The position numbers and the translations under genes were made by a program. From the IMG/VR virus record IMGVR_UViG_3300032893_000062, positions 1-53,979 of that record: a stretch of DNA of 53,979 nt; one strand, given 5' to 3'. Origin of the DNA: a virus (lineage: Duplodnaviria > Caudoviricetes). The notes below the pieces were generated by a model, which ran no database searches, had not been told where the DNA came from, and saw only the letters and a program-made list of their open reading frames with translations. Below are positions 1 through 7,781 of the stretch, one piece after another (the stretch's first letter is position 1; the number at the start of each line of letters is the position of its first letter).

Positions 1-127
1 TCTTTTTCGAGGAGAGCTCGCCACGCATCGTTGCTCACGTCGTAGATCTGCTTTTCTATGCTGCTCATGCTTCGTCCGCAAACAGCCGAGGCGCCATGAT
101 CTTCTTCACCCCACCGTTCCCGTCAGA
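1..127. repeat. Terminal direct repeat, copy 1 (circular-assembly overlap)
   Basis: 1-127 is identical to 53853-53979. The TGA of ORF 65..808 overlaps the ATG of ORF 53555..53920 (ATGA) across the join. Confidence 0.95.
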
Positions 128-808
128 TACTATCCGCAACACCTTCTCCGACCCTCGCTTCACGACGCTGCTCGTCAGCAGCTCCCCCCAGTGCGCTATC
201 ATCTGCGTGAAATTCCTTCCCCCGCCGTTCTTGTTGAACCAGAGCGACGAGTCGTAGAAGTACGCCTCTATGCAAAGGCCGATCTTCTCCTCGGTGTAAT
301 TCAGCAGAATCTTCGATGACTGCAAAACCTTGAAATCTTTCTGACTCCAAGGATACTTCTCCCCTCCTGACTCTCTTTCGAATCTCTTTGAGAACTCATC
401 GGTTACGAACCGCTGGGCTACGGCTTTTTGTTTTTTGTCATTGTTCTTTGTAAGAGTGTTAATTGTAGGGTCCACCGGGGTTGAGGGTTTACCCTCCACA
501 CCGGTGGAGGGTACGTCAACACCGGTTGAGGGTATGACGAGTCTGTAGCTGTTTGGATGGCGCCCCTTAGAGTATTCAATCTCCACCCATCCTGCCGCGC
601 TCAGCTTCTTCAACCAATTTCTGACCGCATTTTCCGTGCAGGAAAGACATTTTGCCATCGTCTCCATCGAAGGCCAACACTCATCATCGTTGCCCGTATA
701 GGCGGCGAGAAGTGCGTAGACTGCTTTTTCTGAAACGCTTATTGAAGGATCGCAAAGAACTTTTTTGAAAACTATTCCGTAGCCTTTTGGGTAACTGTGA
801 TGTGCCAT
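65..808 (-). CDS. Phage replication initiator with N-terminal winged helix-turn-helix
   Basis: SEKAVYALLAAY...CWPSMETMAKCLSCTENAVRNWLKKLSAAGWV is typical of phage initiator HTH domains. Start moved to MAHHSY (808) because a promoter lies at 948-976. Upstream of the AAA helicase across the join. Confidence 0.75.
   Translation of the reverse strand: MAHHSYPKGYGIVFKKVLCDPSISVSEKAVYALLAAYTGNDDECWPSMETMAKCLSCTENAVRNWLKKLSAAGWVEIEYSKGRHPNSYRLVIPSTGVDVPSTGVEGKPSTPVDPTINTLTKNNDKKQKAVAQRFVTDEFSKRFERESGGEKYPWSQKDFKVLQSSKILLNYTEEKIGLCIEAYFYDSSLWFNKNGGGRNFTQMIAHWGELLTSSVVKRGSEKVLRIVSDGNGGVKKIMAPRLFADEA
421..536. repeat. Candidate replication origin: iteron-like repeats plus AT-rich tract inside the initiator gene
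   Basis: Three CACCGG(N)-(T/G)GAGGGT copies at about 472-533, next to an AT-rich stretch at 424-466. Confidence 0.5.
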
Positions 809-947
809 AAAAGAAGAACCTTTCTGAGACGGCTCCGATTGGCGTCGGATTCGCGTATCCCCGGGACTGGACACGCTAACCGTCTCGAAAAGGTTCTTAC
901 TCGCATCCCGGCGGTCCAGAATGGGAGCCACCCCACTCATCGAAGAA

Positions 948-976
948 AACATATCTCACTTTTCCTTTGTTGTAAA
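948..976 (-). promoter_or_regulatory. Sigma70-like promoter for the replication initiator
   Basis: TTTACA-17 nt-TATGTT on the minus strand. Confidence 0.6.
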
Positions 977-980
977 GAGG

Positions 981-1003
981 GGTGGGGAAGTAGATTCCCC
1001 ACC
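981..1003 (-). terminator. Hairpin closing the orphan array
   Basis: GGTGGGGAA-gtaga-TTCCCCACC, perfect 9-bp stem; weak U-tract. Confidence 0.55.
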
Positions 1004-1010
1004 TTGAAAA

Positions 1011-1222
1011 ACGCTCGGGGACCTTGGTTTTCTCGGGCAGGATGGCTCGCTCTTTCCTGTTGGTTTGCTCGGAAAAGTCGGCTCGCTCATCTTAGTTGGA
1101 TTTCTCTCTACCCCCGGCTCGCTCTCTTTACATGGGTTTCTCCACGGCAGTGGCTCGCTCGTGCCATCTGGTTTACTCAAAGGGCTTGGCTCGCTCAACA
1201 CGGCTGGTTTTCTCAACGTCCT
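1011..1222 (-). ncRNA. Orphan TIGR-like guide-RNA array, about 6 units of 36 nt
   Basis: On plus, (T/C)GGCTCGCTC occurs at 1043, 1079, 1115, 1151 and 1187, alternating with TGGNTTNCTC. Unique 8-nt segments separate them. The repeats match the array at 28321-28970. Confidence 0.85.
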
Positions 1223-1349
1223 GAGCAAAAAGCTTCAATTGCTCTTTTTCCTTTTTTTCCCACTTTACCTTCCGCCAGCAGAGATCGCCGTAGCCGCGAA
1301 CAACGGAGGTCCGGTTCTTCAAGACTCGGTGACAGCGGCGGCAGGTCAT
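1173..1349 (-). CDS. Small Cys-rich protein (DUF6011-like), 58 aa; not in the ORF track
   Basis: MTCRRCHRVLKNRTSVVRGYGDLCW fits the CxxC...S..RGxGxxC pattern. ATGA overlap with the upstream gene. Its 3' end runs into the array. Confidence 0.6.
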   Translation of the reverse strand: MTCRRCHRVLKNRTSVVRGYGDLCWRKVKWEKKEKEQLKLFAQDVEKTSRVERAKPFE

Positions 1350-1864
1350 ACGCGCTCGAAGCTAATAGCCCAGATCCATGGATTGCTGGCCCACGGCGCG
1401 CGCTTGCCGTTAATCTTGTCCCATAACTCCGCAAACGCTTCCCTGTTCTGTTTGGGGTAGTCGTCCCATGTGGTGCAACATCCTTCTGCCGCCGCATCAG
1501 ATTCCGTGATCTCCTGTAGTCGCTGCACCTGAACGTCCGTGATGCGAAGTGTGATCCGGGAAGCCCACCGGGGCATATGGATTGCCGGCGTCCAGCGGGG
1601 TTCGATGACGCATCCCCCGTCCACTCGATAGACGATTCCGTCAGCCGGGTCACGCTCGGCGTCGGCATACCGCTTGGCGAAGGTTTCGCGAACCCATAAT
1701 AGATCGCCGGGATGGCCGTACGGGCACCATTGTGCGGCCTCTCCCGGAAGCATCAAGCCATCCAGGCGTCCGGGATTGCGGATCCCTCGGCGTGTCTGCG
1801 TCTTGCGGCCTTCGAGGATTGCACGGACCATAGGACCGCTGAAAAGGATGGGATGCTCTGCCAT
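1346..1864 (-). CDS. ASCH-like domain phage protein
   Basis: PILFSGPMVRAILEGRKTQTRR, LWVRETF, IHMPRWASRITL, NPWIWAISF. Confidence 0.8.
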   Translation of the reverse strand: MAEHPILFSGPMVRAILEGRKTQTRRGIRNPGRLDGLMLPGEAAQWCPYGHPGDLLWVRETFAKRYADAERDPADGIVYRVDGGCVIEPRWTPAIHMPRWASRITLRITDVQVQRLQEITESDAAAEGCCTTWDDYPKQNREAFAELWDKINGKRAPWASNPWIWAISFERV

Positions 1865-1868
1865 GGCA

Positions 1869-2078
1869 TCACTCCTTCAGCGTCTTCGAGACGAAGACTC
1901 CGCGCATCCCCTCAAACTCTATCGGGTAGAGGTACACGCGCTCCCCGCGCTTCATTCCCAGCCCCGGGGGGAAGTAAACGGTCACCCCGGTGTAGTTCCC
2001 GCTGACGTTCACGGAGTACCCCTTCCCCTTGTTTGTGAGGACGGAAACGGTCAGAGGCTTCCTTGTAGTTTTCGCCAT
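1869..2078 (-). CDS. Hypothetical protein
   Basis: RBS-like AGGAGAGG upstream; fits operon packing. Confidence 0.55.
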   Translation of the reverse strand: MAKTTRKPLTVSVLTNKGKGYSVNVSGNYTGVTVYFPPGLGMKRGERVYLYPIEFEGMRGVFVSKTLKE

Positions 2079-2258
2079 TCAATCCCTCTCCTTTCTCAAA
2101 GGACACCATGCGGGAGGCTTTGGCAGAGATTCCATGTTTCTCTGTATCAACGTGTTGTCAGTAGGATACTTCCCGCAATACCAGCCCCTGTTTGTTCGAT
2201 CGTTGCAGCTCACCTTTGCAGACCACTTGCATCGTGCGCAAGTCCTCGGAGCTTTCAT
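2079..2258 (-). CDS. Small Cys-rich phage protein, 59 aa; not in the ORF track
   Basis: MKAPRTCARCKW...PAWCPL; ATGA overlap with the HNH gene. Confidence 0.55.
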   Translation of the reverse strand: MKAPRTCARCKWSAKVSCNDRTNRGWYCGKYPTDNTLIQRNMESLPKPPAWCPLRKERD

Positions 2259-2563
2259 CGCAACGCCTCCTGCTTCGCCATGATCCGTATGGCGTGCTCT
2301 TTCGCCTGGATGGAGTCAGGGTTCATCAGAACCCCGGAATTGCACTCCCCGCAGTGCGTCCCCCGCTTGTTGTCGACGTCGTCGATCACCGAACGGCCGA
2401 ACTTCCGTATGTTGTCCCTTGACTCCGCCAAGACGTGGGCGAGCTCGAAGCCGTCGAAGAGCATCGGCATCCCGCAGTACGCGCAGCGGCCGTCCTGCCG
2501 TTCATAGACGGTCTCCCGCTGCTCACTGAGGACTAGACTTCTTCTGCTCATCTTGGTCTCCAT
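2255..2563 (-). CDS. HNH-like endonuclease
   Basis: VYERQDGRCAYCG...ELAHV...N...HCGECN zinc-binding HNH pattern. Confidence 0.75.
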   Translation of the reverse strand: METKMSRRSLVLSEQRETVYERQDGRCAYCGMPMLFDGFELAHVLAESRDNIRKFGRSVIDDVDNKRGTHCGECNSGVLMNPDSIQAKEHAIRIMAKQEALR

Positions 2564-2772
2564 TTCAATCTCCAGACTATAGCGTAAGCCTCTTCATTCC
2601 TCTGCACTTCAATGAGTTCTTTCGATTCAAAAGCAACATTTATAAACGATTCGAGCTTTCTCATTTGTGAGAGAGCTTCGGCCAGCCCGACTGATTGAAA
2701 ATCAGCCAGCGTCAATGTTATCGTTTCCGGACGCAGGAAAAGTTTCCGAACTATCTCGCTTTCAAAACTCAT
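2548..2772 (-). CDS. Hypothetical protein
   Basis: AT-rich ORF overlapping both neighbours. Confidence 0.5.
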   Translation of the reverse strand: MSFESEIVRKLFLRPETITLTLADFQSVGLAEALSQMRKLESFINVAFESKELIEVQRNEEAYAIVWRLKWRPR

Positions 2773-3359
2773 TTTTTTCTCCTTTCATAGTCTTTCCAAT
2801 ATGACCTCATCTCTTCGTACGTCCGCCCCCCAAGGCTCTTGTACGTCCCCTTCTTCGGGTCCTCGGGGTCTACGTACTCCGTCAGTGGGATCCCGTGCTC
2901 GTCGGCGAAGCGCTCCAGCGTCTTGTTCGCCCAGTTCTCCTCTTCCTGGCTGGCGTCCGCTTCGGATATCGGCTCCTCCGCTCCGTCGAGAGAGAGACGA
3001 GTCCGCCAGTGCCCTTCTCCTGCGGTCATGCGTTTCATCGCCGCCTTCACCTGGTCCGCCGTGTAGAGGGATTGCCCAGCGTCGTCCGTGAGCCACTCCG
3101 CGATGTCCTGGCAGTGCCCGTGGAGTCGGTTCGACCCGCTCCGAGGGCCCGTCTTCCGAGGACGAAACGGAGCGTCAATTCGGAGGCGGAAATGGTCGTT
3201 CGTCTTCGCTCCGACGATGTTGAGAAAGTTCCAGAGCTCGTTGTGAACGACTCCCCCGGTTACCTCGAACGCCATCACGCCGCCGTCACCGGTCCGCTTC
3301 AAGTGGAAGGTGTAGTCGACGCCCATCGCTACAACCTGATCCTTTCTTTCTCGTGCCAC
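2769..3359 (-). CDS. NinB-like recombination protein
   Basis: RKTGPRSGSNRLHGHCQDIA...SEADASQEE...ERFADEHGI resembles the NinB/YbcN pattern. Confidence 0.5.
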   Translation of the reverse strand: MARERKDQVVAMGVDYTFHLKRTGDGGVMAFEVTGGVVHNELWNFLNIVGAKTNDHFRLRIDAPFRPRKTGPRSGSNRLHGHCQDIAEWLTDDAGQSLYTADQVKAAMKRMTAGEGHWRTRLSLDGAEEPISEADASQEEENWANKTLERFADEHGIPLTEYVDPEDPKKGTYKSLGGRTYEEMRSYWKDYERRKK

Positions 3360-3889
3360 TCGACGACGCGGTTGATCGCCTCCAGCTTCAGCGCGCTGAA
3401 CTCCGATGCCTTCACCGTCTCCGCCTTGTATGTCCCCTTCGCCGAGAGGTAGAGAACGATCCCCAGAGGGCCGCTGGGGTACTCAATCGAAAGGTCGCGG
3501 CGCCCCGCGAAGCCGAGATCTGGATCCCCGACGACTTCCTCGACCCCCTCTACTTGATAAGAACCGATTGCGGAGAGGAACCTTTTCAGGGCCGTCAGGT
3601 AGCCTTGCCACTTCGCGTCGAGCCCTTGCTCGTCAAGGATCGTCTGCATGTAGAGCGTCACCATCTTGTGGACGGATACCCCCCGCTCCGCGCTCCCCGG
3701 TTTGTACCAGTTGCTCTTTCCATCCCCAAGGATCGTCGTCACAGAGGGGAGTTTCCGGTCCCGCCAGAAGTAGCGGTGTCCTTCTTCGAGGAACGTGATC
3801 TCGGGGTTCCTCTTCCCGAGGATGTAGAGGGCTATCTGGAACCGATGCCACGGCTCCGGATGCCCACTCTTGATGTCGATGACCGTCAT
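3329..3889 (-). CDS. PD-(D/E)XK (RecB/Cas4-like) exonuclease with rearranged motif order
   Basis: Contains FLEEGHRY, LPSVTTIL, RGVSVH, E..V, FAGRRD, VIDIKSG and QIALY; the last two are at the N-terminus. Confidence 0.7.
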   Translation of the reverse strand: MTVIDIKSGHPEPWHRFQIALYILGKRNPEITFLEEGHRYFWRDRKLPSVTTILGDGKSNWYKPGSAERGVSVHKMVTLYMQTILDEQGLDAKWQGYLTALKRFLSAIGSYQVEGVEEVVGDPDLGFAGRRDLSIEYPSGPLGIVLYLSAKGTYKAETVKASEFSALKLEAINRVVEWHEKERIRL

Positions 3890-4638
3890 ACTCGATGTGC
3901 CGTTGAACCGACGTCCTGGAACGCCACCCCATCGTACACCACGGCGTCGTGGTTCGTTCGCGCCTGCGCGTCCCCCTCCGACTGATTGAAGAGGACCAGA
4001 GAGATCGGCGCCCGCCCCGCAGCGATCGCCTTCACCAGAGCGGGGAGATCGTGACAGATCGCTTTCCAGTGCGCTCGGTTCGACGTTCCCGCAGCAGACT
4101 CCACCTTCTCGGGCTGGACGACGGCGATCTCCGGCGGCTTCTCCGCGAGTTCGACGGCAAGTTTCGGGTCCATCTTCTTCGCATCCTCGATCTCCTTCGC
4201 GCGAGCGTCGTCGAGTTTCTTCTGCTCCTCCTGCCGCTTCTTCTCCGCTTCGTCGGCAAGTCTCTTGTTCTCTGCCCGCTGCCAGTCCCGGGCCTTTGGG
4301 TCGAGAATGGCTATCGCGTCGTCGTAGGGCTTCTTCAACTCGTCGATGAGCGCGATCACGCTGGAGTTAGCCTTGTCCGCAGCGAGCTTCGCGGCTTTCG
4401 TCTTCTCCCTGACAGTCTTGAACCGCTCGTCGATTACCTTCTTCCGCCGGGCGCACTCCTGGGCGATGGTCTGCGCCTGCTGCATCGTCTCGACGCTGGA
4501 GACGACGAACGCCTTCGCCCGCTCGACGAGGCTCCGTCCGTCCGCTCGCATGGCGGGGACTTTGATCTTCTCCCCCTGCACGTCCTCGGTCTCTTCAATG
4601 GTGGTGGCCTCTTCGGTCCCCATGTTGAGGTTTCTCAT
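3886..4638 (-). CDS. Coiled-coil phage protein in the recombination module
   Basis: Long charged helical region; located between ERF and the exonuclease. Confidence 0.6.
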   Translation of the reverse strand: MRNLNMGTEEATTIEETEDVQGEKIKVPAMRADGRSLVERAKAFVVSSVETMQQAQTIAQECARRKKVIDERFKTVREKTKAAKLAADKANSSVIALIDELKKPYDDAIAILDPKARDWQRAENKRLADEAEKKRQEEQKKLDDARAKEIEDAKKMDPKLAVELAEKPPEIAVVQPEKVESAAGTSNRAHWKAICHDLPALVKAIAAGRAPISLVLFNQSEGDAQARTNHDAVVYDGVAFQDVGSTAHRV

Positions 4639-5786
4639 CACATCCCTGCCTTTCCCAAAAGCTCGACTTTCCGGTCCGCAAGAGCCGCCGTCCAATCGAG
4701 GAACTTGCTCTCAAGCGCTGCGACGTCCCCCCAGACCGACTTCCCGTCCTTTTGGTACGCCGCGAGCTCCTCGTCAGAGAAAAGGACGTTGTACGGCCCT
4801 TCGTTCGGGAAGAGCCTCCGAGCCATCGTCTCGGAGATGATCGGCGACCCCTCCTTGTCGACGAGCGGCGTCCAACCTTTCGAGTAGATCTGCCCCATCT
4901 GGTTCAGAAGCCCCTGCAGACTCGCCCTCGCTTCCTTGATGTCACCCGCCACTACCTTCTGTGTCTTCGGCGGTTCGGGTTTCTTATCTTCTTTCGCAGC
5001 GGGAACTCTCACACCAAGTTCGTCAACGGGGACGCCCCCCACCGCGCGGGGTTCCGCAGGTGGTTCCTCGGGAGTTTCTACGTTCTCCCCGCGGCCGACG
5101 ACCCCCGTCCCGCCCATGTAGGCGTAGCGGATCGCGAAGCTCCGTGCCGCCATGTACTTCTGCATCGGCGACATCAGGTGAGTCCCCTCCCCGATCGGGA
5201 TCTCGATGGTCGTCTCCACGACGTGCCCTCCGCGGTGACGGAGAATGCAAGTCCCCGCCATGAAGGGGACCTTCAGCTCTGCATGGACGAACCCCTTCGC
5301 CTTCGTCGTCGCAGAGAACCCGTGCCGAGCGAGTATCGGGCCGATCTTCTCGACGATGTCCTCGTGCGGTGCGTATACGTAGAGAAGCTTTCCTCCGGGG
5401 CACGGCTGTCCTCTCACGAGTCCCGTGTTCTTGCAGAGGTCGCACTTCGTGTGATCGCGGGCCTCCGCCTTCTTCTCGATGATCGGGAACTCCGCCTGTG
5501 CTGCAGCCAAGCAATCGTTGAAATCCTTCTCCGCAACCTTCGCCTGGATCTGCTCGAACAGCGCCACAAGTTCCTTCATGTAATCGATCGAAACTTGGCG
5601 CTCAATCGCCTGCTCCATGAGTTTCTGGAGATTGATGAAGTCATGGACTGGCTCCGTGATAGAGACCTGTCCGATTGTCTGTGTCCTCATCGGAACAGCT
5701 TCTCCGATCGGAACCAAAGCCCCTCCCTTTTCTGACTTTGATACCCTGGCAGGCCGACCCTTCGCTGAAGTCTTTCTTTCTTTCAT
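4638..5786 (-). CDS. ERF-family single-strand annealing protein
   Basis: LAAAQAEFPIIEK...YVYAPHEDIVEKIGPILARHGFS...LRHRGGH...QKYMAARSFAIRY; contains a Cys-rich insert. Confidence 0.8.
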   Translation of the reverse strand: MKERKTSAKGRPARVSKSEKGGALVPIGEAVPMRTQTIGQVSITEPVHDFINLQKLMEQAIERQVSIDYMKELVALFEQIQAKVAEKDFNDCLAAAQAEFPIIEKKAEARDHTKCDLCKNTGLVRGQPCPGGKLLYVYAPHEDIVEKIGPILARHGFSATTKAKGFVHAELKVPFMAGTCILRHRGGHVVETTIEIPIGEGTHLMSPMQKYMAARSFAIRYAYMGGTGVVGRGENVETPEEPPAEPRAVGGVPVDELGVRVPAAKEDKKPEPPKTQKVVAGDIKEARASLQGLLNQMGQIYSKGWTPLVDKEGSPIISETMARRLFPNEGPYNVLFSDEELAAYQKDGKSVWGDVAALESKFLDWTAALADRKVELLGKAGM

Positions 5787-5807
5787 CTGGCTCTCTCCTT
5801 CCTGATG

Positions 5808-5836
5808 ATATTAGCACCCGGAAAACGATCTGTAAA
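5808..5836 (-). promoter_or_regulatory. Sigma70-like promoter for the ERF operon
   Basis: TTTACA-17 nt-TAATAT with extended -10 TG; palindrome AGTTATAACT at 5843-5852. Confidence 0.7.
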
Positions 5837-5851
5837 GAGTTAAGTTATAAC

Positions 5852-6271
5852 TCAGAAGGGTATGTCCTCCTGAAATCCGTCGGGCGCCGCTTCCGTCCTC
5901 GTCCGGGGCCCCTCGTCGTCCTGCCCTGACTCCCGCTGCGGGGCGTCTTTCTTTACCCACCATTCGACGCGATCCGCGAGGACGTACATCCGGGAGTGCT
6001 TCTGCCCGTCCTTCTCCCAGGAGTCGACGCGGAGCTTCCCAAAGACGCGCGACTTCATCCCCTTGTGAAGGTTCTCCGAGACGCGCTCCGCGGTCTTCTC
6101 CCATGCCGTCACGTCGATCCAGACGGGTTCCGACTTCCACTCCGTCCCGACCTTCTTCGAGAAGTTCGAGGCGATGGAGAACTTCACGACCGCTGTCCCG
6201 CTGGAGGTGTACTTCAGCTCTGGCTCCCGGCCGAGGTTCCCCTCGACGACGACAAGGTTCATGTCCTGCAT
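5852..6271 (-). CDS. ssb: Single-stranded DNA-binding protein
   Basis: MNLVVVEGNLGREPELKYT...W.DVTAW...LHKG...GKLR, with acidic C-terminal EDIPF. Confidence 0.97.
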   Translation of the reverse strand: MQDMNLVVVEGNLGREPELKYTSSGTAVVKFSIASNFSKKVGTEWKSEPVWIDVTAWEKTAERVSENLHKGMKSRVFGKLRVDSWEKDGQKHSRMYVLADRVEWWVKKDAPQRESGQDDEGPRTRTEAAPDGFQEDIPF

Positions 6272-7018
6272 TTATTTTCTCGCTTTCTTTATGGCAGCCA
6301 CAAGCCAACGAGAATATTTCTCTTTAGCTTTCCTTTTGGCGGCGGCGGCGTAGGCGGCGGCGTCGGCGGCGGCGTAGGCGGCGGCGTAGGCGTAGGCGTT
6401 GGCGGCGGCGTTGGCGGCGGCGTAGGCGGCGGCGTAGGCGTAGGCGTTGGCGTAGGCGTTGGCGTAGGCGGCGGCGTAGGCGGCGGCGTAGGCGGCGGCG
6501 TAGGCGGCGGCGTCGGCGGCGGCGTAGGCGGCGGCGTTGGCGGCGGCGTTGGCGGCGGCGTTGGCGGCGGCGTAGGCGTAGGCGTTGGCGTAGGCGGCGG
6601 CGTTGGCGGCGGCGGCGTTGGCGGCGGATCTGTCTTTCCCGCTTATCCACAATTCAGCCCATTCATTCCATGCCTTATCCTTGCATACCTTCTTGGCGAT
6701 CTTCACCGCATCGGTAGCAACGCGCATTGACCACGCGAGTACAACCTCTTTGGCATCAAAGGACCACAATACCTTGCGATTTCTGCATACCAGCTTGTCG
6801 TCCTTTTTCTCCATACCTCCGCTGCATTCAACGCGAGATACCGTAAAGCCGGGCGCATAGCGCCAGGCATCAACGATATCAACGCTTGCGTGATATCCAC
6901 TGGCGCACATTCGCAGTTCCCCGGTGTGCGTGTAGGTCTTCCCGACCTCCAACGGCTGGCCGTCCCGAAGGACATTCCCGTTGGTCCAGTGCCACGCTAG
7001 AACTCTTCTTTCTCTCAT
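6272..7018 (-). CDS. Phage protein with Ala-rich low-complexity repeat
   Basis: N-terminal domain with MCASGYHAS; about 95-aa tract of A/Y/N/D. Confidence 0.75.
   Translation of the reverse strand: MRERRVLAWHWTNGNVLRDGQPLEVGKTYTHTGELRMCASGYHASVDIVDAWRYAPGFTVSRVECSGGMEKKDDKLVCRNRKVLWSFDAKEVVLAWSMRVATDAVKIAKKVCKDKAWNEWAELWISGKDRSAANAAAANAAAYANAYAYAAANAAANAAANAAAYAAADAAAYAAAYAAAYAAAYANAYANAYAYAAAYAAANAAANAYAYAAAYAAADAAAYAAAAKRKAKEKYSRWLVAAIKKARK
6338..6626 (-). repeat. Codon-level repeat built only from GCC, TAC, AAC and GAC
   Basis: Plus strand reads as (ggc)n punctuated by gta, gtt or gtc. Confidence 0.95.
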
Positions 7019-7248
7019 CCATTTCTCCTTTCTTCTTCCCTGTCCTTCTCTACGTCGATCAGGCGCTCGACTACGTAGTCCGGCGACTCGCTGTCCTCGT
7101 CAAAGTGCACCATCGCCCGCTGCAAGCCGTCAACGTCCGGCTTCCCCATCGGTCGCGTCACCGTCGCTTTCCCCTCGACGAACATTTCATCGCTCAGCGA
7201 AGAGTTGCGGACGATCACGCGGTCGCCTTTAGAAAGTGCTTTCTTCAT
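7015..7248 (-). CDS. Hypothetical protein
   Basis: MKKALSKGDRVIV...; AGGAGG RBS upstream. Confidence 0.6.
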   Translation of the reverse strand: MKKALSKGDRVIVRNSSLSDEMFVEGKATVTRPMGKPDVDGLQRAMVHFDEDSESPDYVVERLIDVEKDREEERRNG

Positions 7249-7487
7249 CAATAGACCTCCTTCACGACGAACGTTGAAACAGCGCTGTACTCGCGCAGCT
7301 TCTTCCTCGCCACGGAGTCTGCGGTCTCCCCAGGGAGCACCGGTATCCATTCCTGCCAGTCCTGACCGTTCAAACGGTATTCGAGGACAACGGCCTTCGG
7401 CTGCACTCTCGCCCTCGATTCTCGGAACCGCCTCTCGCGATCGGTCGCCCACGCCCGAAGCTCCCGAAGCCGTTCTCGCTTGTTCAT
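7248..7487 (-). CDS. Hypothetical protein, first gene of the early operon (probably leaderless)
   Basis: ATG lies 7 nt after the -10 box. Confidence 0.6.
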   Translation of the reverse strand: MNKRERLRELRAWATDRERRFRESRARVQPKAVVLEYRLNGQDWQEWIPVLPGETADSVARKKLREYSAVSTFVVKEVY

Positions 7488-7494
7488 GGTCTAA

Positions 7495-7523
7495 AGTGTA
7501 TCACGAGTTATACCTATTGTAAA
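7495..7523 (-). promoter_or_regulatory. Sigma70-like early promoter
   Basis: TTTACA-17 nt-TACACT with extended TG; near-palindrome AGTTATACCT at 7506-7515. Confidence 0.7.
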
Positions 7524-7592
7524 GGAATCATGAGAAAAAAAGAGAAGATTTTTGGAGGGTCAAAACGACCCTCCGATGGGGGAAAAAAACTC

Positions 7593-7622
7593 TTTACAAA
7601 AACAGAAAAAGAGGGTTATGAT
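7593..7622 (+). promoter_or_regulatory. Divergent plus-strand promoter
   Basis: TTTACA-18 nt-TATGAT. Confidence 0.6.
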
Positions 7623-7752
7623 TTCACTTTGACAGGTTTCCATTGCAGATCGAACGGAGGGTACCCAAATGATCAACCAAAACTTTTCACCGCAGTCTTT
7701 TCTCTGCTTCAAGATGAAAGACTGATCCGGCCTTCAGGCAAAGGTGAAAAGG

Positions 7753-7781
7753 GCGCCCGTACAAAGCGGGCGCTTTTTTTT
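7753..7781 (+). terminator. Intrinsic terminator, probably bidirectional
   Basis: GCGCCCG-tacaaag-CGGGCGC followed by T8; A-run on the other side; sits at the end of the lysis module. Confidence 0.85.

Noticed and set aside
1-127. Biological terminal repeat of the virion DNA
   Set aside because: 127 nt is a common assembler k-mer overlap, and the repeat cuts through coding sequence.
956-1228. 90-aa ORF with SEP repeats
   Set aside because: Translation of the orphan array; no independent coding evidence.
5996-6730. Gly/Val-rich plus-strand ORF and Arg-rich alternate-frame ORF
   Set aside because: Shadow frames of the Ala-rich repeat.
6272-7018. Diversity-generating retroelement target
   Set aside because: No reverse transcriptase and no separate template repeat were seen.
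7683-7751. Hammerhead ribozyme
   Set aside because: A three-stem layout is present, but the CUGANGA and GAAA core is not matched (CUGAUCC).
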